A DNA stretch of 51,423 nucleotides from Rudaea sp. Lineage in GTDB: Bacteria; Pseudomonadota; Gammaproteobacteria; Burkholderiales; Casimicrobiaceae. The DNA lies in the NCBI GenBank assembly GCA_050257435.1, contig JBLMWW010000092.1:1-51423 (forward strand). The letters run 5' to 3'. Shown piece by piece: positions 30,641 to 40,532 of the stretch. The notes below the pieces were generated by a model. The model made no database searches. It worked only from the letters and a program-made list of their open reading frames with translations, and was not told where the DNA came from. The stretch's first letter is position 1. The number at the start of each line of letters is the position of its first letter. The position numbers and the translations under genes were made by a program.

Positions 30641-31627
30641 CTAGGAAATCTTCAGCACCGCGGTTTCCGTCAACGCTCCCGTGCGCAGCGCCGATAGCGC
30701 CTCGTTCGCGCGCTCGAGCGGAAACGTCACGACGCTGGTTCGAACGGGTAGCGTGCGTGCGAGCGCGATGAACTCGCGGCCGTCGTCCCGCGTGAGATTC
30801 GCGACCGAGGCGACCTGGCGCTCGCCCCACAGAATTGCATAGGGGAACGATGGGATGTCGCTCATGTGAATGCCTGCGCAGACGACGCGGCCGCCTTTGG
30901 CCACGTCGCGCAACGCCTTCGGCACGAGCGCGCCGACCGGAGCGAAGAGGAGCGCGGCATCGAGGTCGGCCGGCGCCGCTTCGTCGCTGCCGCCGGCCCA
31001 CGTCGCGCCGAGCGCGCGCGCCGACGCCTGCGCCGCGGTATCGCCGGGTCGCGTGAACGCGTAGACCGTGCGACCCTGATGCAGCGCGATTTGCGTGACG
31101 ATGTGCGCGGCCGCGCCGAAACCGTAGATGCCGAGGCGTGCGCCCTCTCCGGCAAGCCGCAGCGCGCGGTAGCCGATGAGCCCCGCGCACAGCCAGGGCG
31201 CGATCGCCTCGTCGGCGAATTCCTCGGGCAGCGGAAAGCAGAACCGGTGGTCGGCGAGCGCATAATCCGCGTAGCCGCCATCGACCGTGTAGCCGGTGAA
31301 GCGCGCGAACTCGCACAGGTTCTCGCGGCCGCCTTGGCAGTAACGGCATCGGCCGCACGTCGACGCGAGCCACGGGACGCCGACGCGCTCCCCGACCTGC
31401 GGGTCGCCCACGTCCGAGCCGACGGCGGCCACGCGGCCGACGATCTCGTGACCGGGCACGATCGGATATCGCGGGCCGGTGAGATCGCCGTCGACGACGT
31501 GCAGGTCGGTGCGACAGACGCCGCACGCGTCAACGCGTACGAGGACTTCGTGCGGCGCCGGCCGCGGCACGTCACGCGTCACGAGGCGCAGCGGCCGTCC
31601 GGACGCTTCCAGTACCATCGCTCGCAT
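30641..31627 (-). CDS. Zinc-dependent alcohol dehydrogenase (MDR family)
   Basis: CGVCRTDLH, GHEIVG, structural Zn CGRCRYC...LC, GIYGFG. Confidence 0.93.
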   Translation of the reverse strand: MRAMVLEASGRPLRLVTRDVPRPAPHEVLVRVDACGVCRTDLHVVDGDLTGPRYPIVPGHEIVGRVAAVGSDVGDPQVGERVGVPWLASTCGRCRYCQGGRENLCEFARFTGYTVDGGYADYALADHRFCFPLPEEFADEAIAPWLCAGLIGYRALRLAGEGARLGIYGFGAAAHIVTQIALHQGRTVYAFTRPGDTAAQASARALGATWAGGSDEAAPADLDAALLFAPVGALVPKALRDVAKGGRVVCAGIHMSDIPSFPYAILWGERQVASVANLTRDDGREFIALARTLPVRTSVVTFPLERANEALSALRTGALTETAVLKIS

Positions 31628-31717
31628 CGCCGGTGCCTCGCCGGGGAGGAAAGACGGGGTCGGAGCCGTGATGAATGGCGCGGACGTCCGTCGATCAGCG
31701 CGGCTCAGACACCACGG

Positions 31718-32464
31718 CTAACGATACACCGCGTCGTCGATCGTCACGCGAAAGAACAACCCCTCGCCCTCGAAGCGCTCGGTGCCGAAATGCCAGCCGA
31801 CACGAAGGCGCACCGGAATCGTATAGCCATCGAAGGTCGCTTCCTGATCGACGTGCGCCCCGAAGGCCACCTCGCGAAACGCGCCGCCCTCGGGATTGCC
31901 CCAGCGCGATAGCGCGACCGATTGCACCGAACCCTGGGAGAGCGCGAGCGCGATGTCCATTGCCGTATCGCCGATCGGCAGTTGCGCATGCGCGAGGCCC
32001 GCCGCGTCGACGCGCCACGCGACGCGATCGTCGCAAAGGAGCGACGGCAGCCACACCGACTCCGCCGCGAACCGGCCGGCCGCCGAGCGACTGACGTCCG
32101 CCCCGGACGCGCGCGCGACGGGAAAAGTTCCGCAAAGCTTCCAGCGCATCGCGCCCTCGCCGTCGACGAAGCGATCGAATCCGCGGATGGCGGTGCCGCC
32201 CACCTTGACGCGCGCGCGCCAGATCGAGCCGCGGCCCGCGACGATCACCTGCTCCGCCCTGAACGGCCGCCAGCGCTTGACCTTGATCGCGCCGTGCATC
32301 CGCAGCCGAACGGCCGACGCGAGGAGCGTCCCGGGTGCGATCGCTCGGAGCAGATAGCGTTGCACGAGCGCCGGCCGGTCGGCGACTTGCCGCGGGTCGA
32401 ACACGCGCGTCGAGGCCGGCGCGGAGTCCCACAGCGCCTCGAGGTCGGAGTGGACGTTTTTCAT
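31718..32464 (-). CDS. Conserved hypothetical protein (resembles DUF6544-type proteins from memory)
   Basis: Clean ORF; VQRYL...WRPFRAEQ...ESVWLPSLL...RWGNP...VGW pattern. Family and start are uncertain. Confidence 0.6.
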   Translation of the reverse strand: MKNVHSDLEALWDSAPASTRVFDPRQVADRPALVQRYLLRAIAPGTLLASAVRLRMHGAIKVKRWRPFRAEQVIVAGRGSIWRARVKVGGTAIRGFDRFVDGEGAMRWKLCGTFPVARASGADVSRSAAGRFAAESVWLPSLLCDDRVAWRVDAAGLAHAQLPIGDTAMDIALALSQGSVQSVALSRWGNPEGGAFREVAFGAHVDQEATFDGYTIPVRLRVGWHFGTERFEGEGLFFRVTIDDAVYR

Positions 32465-32589
32465 CGGTTGGCCGGTACGCCGCGCGGCCGGGTCGCCGGG
32501 AATGCCGGGATAATGACGATCCCGAACGTCCATAAGAGGGCGCGAAATGCCGCGAGTTCGCGGCCGCCGCTCGCCGTCGTGCGCCGTCC

Positions 32590-33957
32590 ATGACCCTCGA
32601 ACTCGCGTTTCTCGGCGCCACCGGCACGGTGACGGGCTCGCGCTACCTGCTGGATGTCGCCGGCAAGCGACTATTGATCGATTGCGGGCTGTTCCAGGGC
32701 TTCAAGCAGTTGCGGCTGCGCAATTGGGCGCCCTTCCCGGTGCCGCCGGATTCGATCGACGCCGTCCTCCTCACGCACGCGCACCTCGACCACAGCGGCT
32801 ATCTTCCGCTTTTCGTCCGAGACGGCTTCCGCGGACGCATCCACTGCACGGAGCCGACCGAACCGCTTTCCGCGATCCTGCTGCGCGACAGCGGCCAATT
32901 GCAGGAAGAGCAGGCGGAGCACGCGAACCGCCACGGCTACTCGAAGCACCACCCCGCACTGCCACTTTATACCGCGCAGGACGCCGAACGTGCGCTCGCG
33001 CGCTTTTCGGGCGTGCGCTTCGACGCGACGTTCGAGCCGATCGCGGGGGTGCACGCACGCTTTCTGCCCGCGGGCCACATCCTGGGTGCTGCGATGCTGT
33101 CGCTCGACATCGCGGGCCGCAGGCTGGTCTTCACCGGCGATCTCGGCCGGCCGCACGACGTCATCATGCGCCCGCCCGTCGCCGTCGATCACGCCGACGT
33201 CCTCGTCCTGGAGTCGACGTACGGGCATCGCCCGCACGATCCCGGCGATCCCGCCGACACGCTCGCCGAGGTGATTACGCGCACCACCGCGCGCGGCGGA
33301 ACGCTCATCGTGCCGTCGTTCGCGGTGGGCCGCGCACAGGCGCTCCTGTACCTCCTGCATCGGCTGAAGGCCGAAGCGCGCATTCCGGCGTCGCTTCCCA
33401 TCTATCTCAACAGCCCGATGGCGACCGACGTCACGTCGCTCTACACGCGCTTTCGCGCGCTGCATCGCCTCGACGCCGAGCAGTGCCGCGCACTGGCGCA
33501 TGCAGCGACGATCGTCAACAGCGTCGACGACTCGAAGGCGCTCAACCGCTCACCCTGGCCGAAGGTCATCATCGCCGGGAGTGGCATGGCGACCGGCGGC
33601 CGCGTCCTGCACCACCTCTACGCGTTCGCGCCGGACGCGCGGAACACGATCCTGCTGACCGGCTTCCAGGCCGGGGGCACGCGCGGCCGCGCGCTCCTCG
33701 ACGGCGCGACGTCGATCAAGATGTTCGGCGAGCACGTGCCGGTGCGCGCGGAGGTCGCGCTCCTCGGCAACCTCTCGGCGCACGCCGACTACGTCGAGAC
33801 GCTCGCGTGGCTCGAAGGCTTTCGTGCGCCGCCCGCACGCACGTTCCTGACGCACGGCGAGCCCGAGGCCGCCGATGCTCTGCGCATGCGCATCGGCGAG
33901 CGGCTCGGCTGGCGTTGCGAGGTGCCGGAGTACCTGGCGCGCGAGACGCTCGCCTGA
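32590..33957 (+). CDS. MBL-fold beta-CASP nuclease (RNA-processing family)
   Basis: GTVTGS, DCGLFQG, THAHLDHSG, AGHILG, GDLG, ESTYG, FAVGRAQ, SAHAD, THGE. Confidence 0.92.
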   Translation: MTLELAFLGATGTVTGSRYLLDVAGKRLLIDCGLFQGFKQLRLRNWAPFPVPPDSIDAVLLTHAHLDHSGYLPLFVRDGFRGRIHCTEPTEPLSAILLRDSGQLQEEQAEHANRHGYSKHHPALPLYTAQDAERALARFSGVRFDATFEPIAGVHARFLPAGHILGAAMLSLDIAGRRLVFTGDLGRPHDVIMRPPVAVDHADVLVLESTYGHRPHDPGDPADTLAEVITRTTARGGTLIVPSFAVGRAQALLYLLHRLKAEARIPASLPIYLNSPMATDVTSLYTRFRALHRLDAEQCRALAHAATIVNSVDDSKALNRSPWPKVIIAGSGMATGGRVLHHLYAFAPDARNTILLTGFQAGGTRGRALLDGATSIKMFGEHVPVRAEVALLGNLSAHADYVETLAWLEGFRAPPARTFLTHGEPEAADALRMRIGERLGWRCEVPEYLARETLA

Positions 33958-33988
33958 CCTCGACGGCATCGGGTCGAAGCCGTGGGGA

Positions 33989-34717
33989 TCAGGGGACGAG
34001 GCAGAACGCCCCTTGCGCGAGCGCGTCGGCCGCGAAGAGCGCGCGCCAGATGCCGAAGAGCGCGAACGCGATCATCATGCCGGCCGCCGCGCGGCGCACC
34101 GCAACGGCCGACATGAAGCGGCGCGCGCGCGCGAGCAGCACGCCGGACGCGAGGAGATTGGGCAGCGTTCCGAGCCCGAACGCGAGCATGACGGTCGCAC
34201 CCTGCCAGGGCCCGCCGGCGAGCAGCGCGAGCGGCAATATGCTGTAGACCAGCGCGCAGGGCATCAGGCCCCAGACGAGCCCGAGCGCGATGCGTCCCGC
34301 AGCGCCCGGCGTGCGAAGCATCGGCTGCAGCGCATGCACGAGCGGCGCAAAGCCGGCCGCACCGGCGCGCTGCAGCAGCACGAGCGCCCGCACGCGCACG
34401 ACGAGGCCCGCGCCGAGCAACAGCAGGAACACGTTCGCTCCGACGTAGATCGCGCGCTGGAGCGGTGCGATGTCCACCGCCGCGAGCGTGGCGCCGCCGG
34501 CGGCGCCGAATGCAGCGCCGAGAAGCGCGTACGTGGTGATGCGGCCGACGTGATACGACGCCTGCCGTAGGGCGAGCGTCCGGGCGCGAACGAGCGGTCG
34601 CGCAAGCGACGCCTCGCGCGCCGCGACCGCCCCGAAGAGGCCGCCGCACATCGCGAAGCAATGCGCTGCGCCGAGCGCGCCGACGAGCCAGGCGCTCGCG
34701 AGCAGGCCCGCGCTCAT
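33989..34717 (-). CDS. DsbD_2/UreH-like membrane protein associated with cbb3 biogenesis
   Basis: HCFAMCGG, YHVGRITTY, GLMPCALVY, AFGLGTLP; multiple TMs; end of the cco cluster. Confidence 0.85.
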   Translation of the reverse strand: MSAGLLASAWLVGALGAAHCFAMCGGLFGAVAAREASLARPLVRARTLALRQASYHVGRITTYALLGAAFGAAGGATLAAVDIAPLQRAIYVGANVFLLLLGAGLVVRVRALVLLQRAGAAGFAPLVHALQPMLRTPGAAGRIALGLVWGLMPCALVYSILPLALLAGGPWQGATVMLAFGLGTLPNLLASGVLLARARRFMSAVAVRRAAAGMMIAFALFGIWRALFAADALAQGAFCLVP

Positions 34718-34733
34718 CGCTCCCGCCCCATCG

Positions 34734-34991
34734 TCACGCCTCGCCGTTCTCGAGAAGGCGCTTGCGCTCGAAGGGACGCTGCAGGAACAGCGTGAGCGCC
34801 GAAGACAGCATGCCGAGCGCCCAGAAGGCGATGAAGCCGAACGTGTACACCGCCTCGCGCGAGAGCTGCAGCCGCATGTTGAAGTCGAGCGGATCGAACA
34901 TGGCGAAGAACACGATCTCGGCGGCAATCGCCGCGAGGAACCCCGGCCAGATCACGTACATCGCGCGCTGCGCCCACCGCGAATCCATCAT
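34734..34991 (-). CDS. Small two-TM protein downstream of ccoH
   Basis: IWPGFLAA...FFAMFDP...SREAVYTFGFIAFW; position typical of betaproteobacterial cco clusters. Confidence 0.75.
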   Translation of the reverse strand: MMDSRWAQRAMYVIWPGFLAAIAAEIVFFAMFDPLDFNMRLQLSREAVYTFGFIAFWALGMLSSALTLFLQRPFERKRLLENGEA

Positions 34992-35019
34992 CGCCTTCCC
35001 TGCGCGCTCGGTTGCGCGC

Positions 35020-35538
35020 TCACTGGTCCATCTCCGTGTGCGGCCCCGCCGCCTGCAGGCGAATGCGCGCCGGCAGGCGCTCGACGACCGTCACCGGCAG
35101 CCGCCACGCGTCCGATTCCAGCGTGAGGATGCGGATGCCGGGCGCGAGGTCGTTCAACGTGCCGGCCCATTCGTCGCCATCGCGCGCGCGCAGACTCACC
35201 CGCCCGCCCTCGCGCTCGCCGGGACGCCGTAACGCGAGCCGCAGCGCTGGCGGCGTCGACGTCGCGTTTTGCAGGCGCACGCGCACCGCGCCGTCCGCGC
35301 CGATGTCGATGGTCGCATCCGGATCGCGCGCGGCCGGCGGCGTTGCGGCGAGCGTGCGATTGATCGTGAGCCCGATCTTGTAGTAATCCTCTTCGACCAG
35401 CGGGTCTGCTCGACTCACCGCAAGCCAGGCGCTCGCGAGCGACGCGACGACGACCGCGATCGGTCCCGCCGCCAGGATCCACGGCCACGGGCCGCGCGGC
35501 CCGCGATCACTTCGGGATGATGAAGGTCGATTGTTCAT
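35020..35538 (-). CDS. ccoH: FixH/CcoH cbb3 assembly protein
   Basis: WPWILAAGP TM segment, LVEEDYYKIGLTIN. Confidence 0.85.
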   Translation of the reverse strand: MNNRPSSSRSDRGPRGPWPWILAAGPIAVVVASLASAWLAVSRADPLVEEDYYKIGLTINRTLAATPPAARDPDATIDIGADGAVRVRLQNATSTPPALRLALRRPGEREGGRVSLRARDGDEWAGTLNDLAPGIRILTLESDAWRLPVTVVERLPARIRLQAAGPHTEMDQ

Positions 35539-37018
35539 GGCGTTCGACATCGCGGTGATGCCCGCCGTCGCCGGGTTGTTCGACCGCCTCGATCTTGAGC
35601 TCGATCTTGTGCGGTCCCGGCTGCGGGGGCGCGTGGCCGGCCGGCTCGAGCGGCGCCTGCAGGCGCAGCGCGAACAGCCGCGTGGATGCAGCCTTCACCT
35701 CGACGGGCTGCTCGACGCCGACCACCGTCAGGCCGTGCAATCCGGAGGCCTCGATCTCGAATCGGCGCGGCTTCTCGTCGGTGTTCATGATCTGCATGCG
35801 GTAGACGTTCTCGATCACGCCTGGCGCGGCCTCGCGCGCGAGCGCGCCGCGGTCGCGGATGATGTCCACCCTGAGCGGGTTGCGCGTCGCGAGCGACGCC
35901 GCGGCGACGCCGGCGATGGCGACGAGCACGCCGGCGTAGACGAGCGTGCGCGGGCGCAGGACGCGCTTCCAGATCATCTTCTTGTCGTACCCGCGCGCCA
36001 GCGCGTTCTCCGTCGTGAACCGGATCAAGCCGCGCGGATAGCCCATCTTGTCCATCACCTGGTTGCACCCGTCCACGCATGCCGCGCAACCGATGCACTC
36101 GTACTGCAGCCCGTCGCGTATGTCGATGCCGGTCGGGCAGACCTGCACGCAGATGTCGCAGTCGACGCAGTCGCCGAGGCCCTTGGCGCGCGGATCGGCG
36201 GACTTCGGACGCCCGCCCCGCGGCTCGCCGCGCGCGCGGTCGTAGGTGACGACGAGCGTGTCGGGGTCGAACATCACGCTCTGGAAGCGGGCGTACGGGC
36301 ACATGTACTTGCAGACCTGCTCGCGCAGCCAGCCCGCGTTGCCGTACGTCGCGAACCCGTAGAACAGGACCCAGAACGCTTCCCACGGTCCGAGCTGCCA
36401 GAGGATCGCGCGCACGCCGAGATCCTTGATCGGCGTGAAGTAGCCGACGAACGTGTAGCCGGTCCACAGCGCGACGGTGATCCATGCCGTGTGCTTCAGC
36501 GCCTTGATGACGAACTTCTCGAGCGACATCGGCGCCGCGTCGAGGCGCACGCGGGCGAGCCGGTCGCCCTCGATCTTGCGCTCGATCCACAGGAAGATCT
36601 CGGTGTAGACGGTCTGGGGACACGCGAAGCCGCACCACAGGCGCCCCGCGACGGCGGTGAACAGGAACAGGGACAGCGCCGAGAGGATCAAGAGGACCGC
36701 GAGATAGATGACGTCCTGCGGCCAGAACACTCCGCCGAACAGGTAGAACTTGCGCGCGCCGAGGTCGAACAGCACCGCCTGGCGCCCGTTCCACGTGAGC
36801 CACGGCAGGCCGTAGAAGACGGCCTGCGTCAAAAAGACCAGCGCCCAGCGCCAGCCGGCGAACCACCCGTGCACCGCGCGCGGATGGATGGTCTTGCGGA
36901 TCTCGTAGAGCGCGACCTCTTCCGTCGACGGCTGGATCGAAATCGTCCGGCGCACGCGGTGCGCGTCGCCCGCAGCCTCGGGACGCGCGCCTTTTCGGTC
37001 ATCCACCTCCAAGTCCAT
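35507..37018 (-). CDS. ccoG: CcoG/FixG 4Fe-4S membrane protein
   Basis: GRLWCGFACPQT, CKYMCPYARFQ, CVDCDICVQVCPTG, CIGCAACVDGC. Confidence 0.95.
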   Translation of the reverse strand: MDLEVDDRKGARPEAAGDAHRVRRTISIQPSTEEVALYEIRKTIHPRAVHGWFAGWRWALVFLTQAVFYGLPWLTWNGRQAVLFDLGARKFYLFGGVFWPQDVIYLAVLLILSALSLFLFTAVAGRLWCGFACPQTVYTEIFLWIERKIEGDRLARVRLDAAPMSLEKFVIKALKHTAWITVALWTGYTFVGYFTPIKDLGVRAILWQLGPWEAFWVLFYGFATYGNAGWLREQVCKYMCPYARFQSVMFDPDTLVVTYDRARGEPRGGRPKSADPRAKGLGDCVDCDICVQVCPTGIDIRDGLQYECIGCAACVDGCNQVMDKMGYPRGLIRFTTENALARGYDKKMIWKRVLRPRTLVYAGVLVAIAGVAAASLATRNPLRVDIIRDRGALAREAAPGVIENVYRMQIMNTDEKPRRFEIEASGLHGLTVVGVEQPVEVKAASTRLFALRLQAPLEPAGHAPPQPGPHKIELKIEAVEQPGDGGHHRDVERHEQSTFIIPK

Positions 37019-37033
37019 GTTCCCCTGGCTGCG

Positions 37034-37963
37034 CTACTTGACGTTCGACAGGCTCCAGACGTACGCCGTCAGGAGCTGGATCTTGCCGTCGTCCAGGCGA
37101 TCCTTGTGCGCGGGCATGCGCGTGATCTGCGATGGCGTGCCGCGCCCCTTGGTGACGGTCTCGGTGATGACCGCCTCGGTGCTGCCGTAAAGCCACGTCT
37201 GGTCGGTGAGGTTCGGCGCGCCGATCTGCGGGTTGCCCCTGCCGTCCGCGCCGTGGCACGCCGCGCAGTTCTGCGCGAAGAGCGGCTTGCCGAGTTGCGC
37301 ACGCACGTCGTCGGAGGGCAGTCCGGAAAGGCTTCGCACGTACGCGACGACATTGCGCACGCCTTCGTCGCCGAGCACGGGACCGAACGCCGGCATGATG
37401 CCGTTGCGCCCGTTCGTGATCGATTCCCTGATCTGCGCGGCGTCGCCCCCGTAGAGCCAGTCGCGGTCGCGCAGATTGGGAAATCCCTTGGCGCCCCCGG
37501 CATCCGAGCCGTGGCACTGCGCGCAGTAATTGAGGAACAGCCGCTCGCCCATCGCACGCGCCTCGGGATCGGCGGCAACCTCCTTCGCATCCATCTTGAG
37601 ATACCGCGCGTACACCGGGGCAAGCCTCGCGTCGAACCGCTGCACCTCCTTGGTATAGGCGCCGGCCGACGTCCAGTGCAGCGCGCCGGGCGACGTGCCG
37701 AGTCCCGGATAGAGGATCAGATACACGAGCGCGAAGACGATCGTCGCGTAGAACAGCCACATCCACCAGCGCGGCAGCGGATTATTGTATTCGACGAGGT
37801 CGCCGTCCCACACGTGGCCGGTCGTCTCGGCCGGCTCGCCGGCCTTCGCGCGCGTGACGCGCATGCGGCCCATCGCGTACAGCAGCACGCCGCAGGCCGC
37901 GATCGACACCAGCGTGAGGATCGCCACGTACCAGCCCCAGCCGGCGGAAACGAAGTCGCTCAT
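37034..37963 (-). CDS. ccoP: cbb3 oxidase subunit III (diheme)
   Basis: TTGHVWDG, EYNNPLPRWW, CAQCHG and CAACHG. Confidence 0.96.
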   Translation of the reverse strand: MSDFVSAGWGWYVAILTLVSIAACGVLLYAMGRMRVTRAKAGEPAETTGHVWDGDLVEYNNPLPRWWMWLFYATIVFALVYLILYPGLGTSPGALHWTSAGAYTKEVQRFDARLAPVYARYLKMDAKEVAADPEARAMGERLFLNYCAQCHGSDAGGAKGFPNLRDRDWLYGGDAAQIRESITNGRNGIMPAFGPVLGDEGVRNVVAYVRSLSGLPSDDVRAQLGKPLFAQNCAACHGADGRGNPQIGAPNLTDQTWLYGSTEAVITETVTKGRGTPSQITRMPAHKDRLDDGKIQLLTAYVWSLSNVK

Positions 37964-38184
37964 TGCCTTGCCCTCCGCGCTTCGCGCTTCGGCAGCCCTG
38001 CGCGCTCATCGCACCCCGTCGGCGGCGGCGCCGTGCCGGTTTCGTCGGGCAACGCGAACGGCGCGTGCGCCGCCTGGGCGAACGCCTCGCGCCGGCGGCT
38101 GCTCCACGCCCACGATACGATGCCGAGGAAGACGACGAACGCGAGGACGGTGAACACGCTCGACAGCGTCGTATAGAGTTCCAT
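37960..38184 (-). CDS. ccoQ: cbb3 oxidase subunit IV
   Basis: MELYTTLSSVFTVLAFVVFLGIVSWAWS...AFAQAAHAPF; lies between ccoO and ccoP. Confidence 0.88.
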   Translation of the reverse strand: MELYTTLSSVFTVLAFVVFLGIVSWAWSSRRREAFAQAAHAPFALPDETGTAPPPTGCDERAGLPKREARRARQ

Positions 38185-38186
38185 GC

Positions 38187-38801
38187 CTACCTCACGTTGC
38201 GCAGGGCGAGGCCGAGGCCCTGCAGGTACGCGACGACGGCGTCCTCCTCGGTCCTGCCCTTGAGCTCTCCGGGTGCCTGCGCGATCTGCGCGTCGGTGTA
38301 CGGAACGCCGACGCGGCGCAGCGCGCGCATGCGCGCCGCGATGTCGTCGCCGGCGAGCGCCGTCTTGGCGAGCCACGGGTACGCCGGCATGTTCGACTCC
38401 GGCACGACGTCGCGCGGGTTCTCGAGATGCACGCGATGCCATTCGTCCGAGTACCGGCCGCCCACGCGGGCGAGATCCGGGCCGGTGCGCTTGCTGCCCC
38501 ATTGGAACGGGTGGTCGTAGACCGATTCGCCGGCCACCGAATAGTGGCCGTAGCGCTCCGTCTCGGCGCGAAACGGCCGGATCATCTGCGAATGGCAGTT
38601 GTAGCAGCCCTCGCGTACGTAGATGTCGCGGCCCATGAGCGCGAGCGGCGCATACGGCGTCACGCCGTCCACCGGTGCGGTCGTCGACTTCTGGAAATAG
38701 AGCGGGACGATCTCGACCAACCCGCCGACCGCGACGACCAGGATCGTCAACACCACCAGCCAGCCGACGTTCTTCTCGATGATCTCGTGCGTGAGCTTCA
38801 T
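38187..38801 (-). CDS. ccoO: cbb3 oxidase subunit II (monoheme)
   Basis: [38 protein letters not shown]. Confidence 0.97.
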   Translation of the reverse strand: MKLTHEIIEKNVGWLVVLTILVVAVGGLVEIVPLYFQKSTTAPVDGVTPYAPLALMGRDIYVREGCYNCHSQMIRPFRAETERYGHYSVAGESVYDHPFQWGSKRTGPDLARVGGRYSDEWHRVHLENPRDVVPESNMPAYPWLAKTALAGDDIAARMRALRRVGVPYTDAQIAQAPGELKGRTEEDAVVAYLQGLGLALRNVR

Positions 38802-38820
38802 GGCTTGGCCTCCCCGCGTC

Positions 38821-40305
38821 TCATGCCGCGGCCGGCACCGGGCCCGGGGGCGCGGGAATCGGCGCCTCCACCGGCTTGCCGATCGCCACGGTGCGCGTGA
38901 CATTCCACGCCATCAACAGCATCCCGGACAGGAACATCAGGCCGCCGACGAGCCGGATCGCGTAGAACGGGTACGTCGCCTTGACGCTCTCGACGAAGGC
39001 GTACGTGAGCGTGCCGTCCGGATTGGTCGCGCGCCACATGAGGCCCTGCATCACGCCGGCGATCCACATCGACGCGATGTAGAACACGACGCCGAAGGTC
39101 GCGATCCAGAAATGCACGGTGATGAGTCGCGTCGACCACATCTCGGTGCGGCCGAAGAGACGCGGGATGAGGTAGTACATGCTGCCGATCGTGATGAAGG
39201 CGACCCAGCCGAGCGCGCCGGAATGCACGTGGCCGATCGTCCAGTCGGTGTAGTGCGACAGCGAATTGACCGTCTTGATCGACATCATCGGCCCCTCGAA
39301 CGTCGACATCCCGTAGAAGGACAGCGAGACGATCAGGAACTTGAGGATCGGGTCGTCGCGCAATTTGTACCAGGCGCCGGACAGCGTCATCATGCCGTTG
39401 ATCATCCCGCCCCACGACGGCGCGAGCAGGATGAGCGAGAAGAGCATCCCGATCGACTGCGTCCAGTCGGGGAGCGCCGTGTAGTGCAGGTGATGCGGGC
39501 CGGCCCACATGTAGGTGAAGATCAGCGCCCAGAAGTGGACGACCGACAGCCGGTACGAGTAGATCGGGCGCGCCGCCTGCTTCGGCACGAAGTAGTACAT
39601 CATCCCCAGGAAGCCCGCCGTCAGGAAGAAGCCCACCGCGTTGTGCCCGTACCACCACTGCACCATCGCGTCCTGCACGCCCGCGTACGCCGAGTACGAC
39701 TTCATCGACGTGAGCGCGATCGGCATCTCCGCGCTGTTCACGATGTGCAGCAGCGCGATCGTGAGGATGAACGCGCCGTAGAACCAGTTGGCGACGTAGA
39801 TGTGCGGCGTCTTGCGCTTCGCGATCGTCCCGAAGAACACGATCGCGTAGGCGACCCAGACGAGCGTGATCAGGACGTCGACCGGCCACTCGAGCTCGGC
39901 ATATTCCTTCCCGCTCGTGTAGCCCATCGGCAGCGTGATCGCCGCGAGCACGATGACGGCGGTCCAGCCCCAGAACGTGAACGCGGCGAGCGGCCCCGCG
40001 AAGAGGCGCACCTGGCACGTGCGCTGGACGACGTAGTACGACGTGCCGATCAGCGCGGAGCCGCCGAACGCGAAGATGACCGCGTTCGTGTGCAACGGGC
40101 GCAACCGGCCGTAGGACAGCCAGGGAATGCCGAACGTGAGGTCGGGCCACAGGAGTTGCGCGGCGACGATCACGCCGACCAGCATCCCGACGATGCCCCA
40201 GACGACGGTCATCACCGCGAACTGGCGCACGACCTTGTAGTTGAAGGTCGCCGACGCGGGTGCGTCGGCGAGCGGCTGCGTCAGCGGCGGGGCAATGGCG
40301 TCCAT
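38821..40305 (-). CDS. ccoN: cbb3 oxidase catalytic subunit I
   Basis: [50 protein letters not shown]. Confidence 0.98.
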   Translation of the reverse strand: MDAIAPPLTQPLADAPASATFNYKVVRQFAVMTVVWGIVGMLVGVIVAAQLLWPDLTFGIPWLSYGRLRPLHTNAVIFAFGGSALIGTSYYVVQRTCQVRLFAGPLAAFTFWGWTAVIVLAAITLPMGYTSGKEYAELEWPVDVLITLVWVAYAIVFFGTIAKRKTPHIYVANWFYGAFILTIALLHIVNSAEMPIALTSMKSYSAYAGVQDAMVQWWYGHNAVGFFLTAGFLGMMYYFVPKQAARPIYSYRLSVVHFWALIFTYMWAGPHHLHYTALPDWTQSIGMLFSLILLAPSWGGMINGMMTLSGAWYKLRDDPILKFLIVSLSFYGMSTFEGPMMSIKTVNSLSHYTDWTIGHVHSGALGWVAFITIGSMYYLIPRLFGRTEMWSTRLITVHFWIATFGVVFYIASMWIAGVMQGLMWRATNPDGTLTYAFVESVKATYPFYAIRLVGGLMFLSGMLLMAWNVTRTVAIGKPVEAPIPAPPGPVPAAA

Positions 40306-40367
40306 GCGGTGGATTCGTGGGAATGATCGAGGCGCAACGATGGTAGCGGCGCCGCGCTTTCCGCCGG

Positions 40368-40381
40368 TTGATAAAGGTCAA
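40368..40381 (-). promoter_or_regulatory. FNR-type box of the ccoN promoter
   Basis: TTGAT-AAAG-GTCAA (plus-strand reading); -10 TACCAT at 40345-40340 (22-nt gap). Confidence 0.88.
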
Positions 40382-40527
40382 TGCGGCCGATCGTCGTCCG
40401 CGAGGATGCGATGCGCCGGGCCCTCGAGATCGTCGAACTGCCCGCTCGCGGCCGCCCACCAGAAGCACGCGCCGACCAGCAGCGCGAGCACGACGGAAAG
40501 CGGAATCAGCAGGAAGAGGATTTCCAT
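40378..40527 (-). CDS. ccoS: cbb3 maturation protein CcoS/FixS (49 aa; below the ORF-track cutoff)
   Basis: Manual translation: MEILFLLIPLSVVLALLVGACFWWAAASGQFDDLEGPAHRILADDDRPH*. Confidence 0.93.
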   Translation of the reverse strand: MEILFLLIPLSVVLALLVGACFWWAAASGQFDDLEGPAHRILADDDRPH

Positions 40528-40532
40528 CTGGT

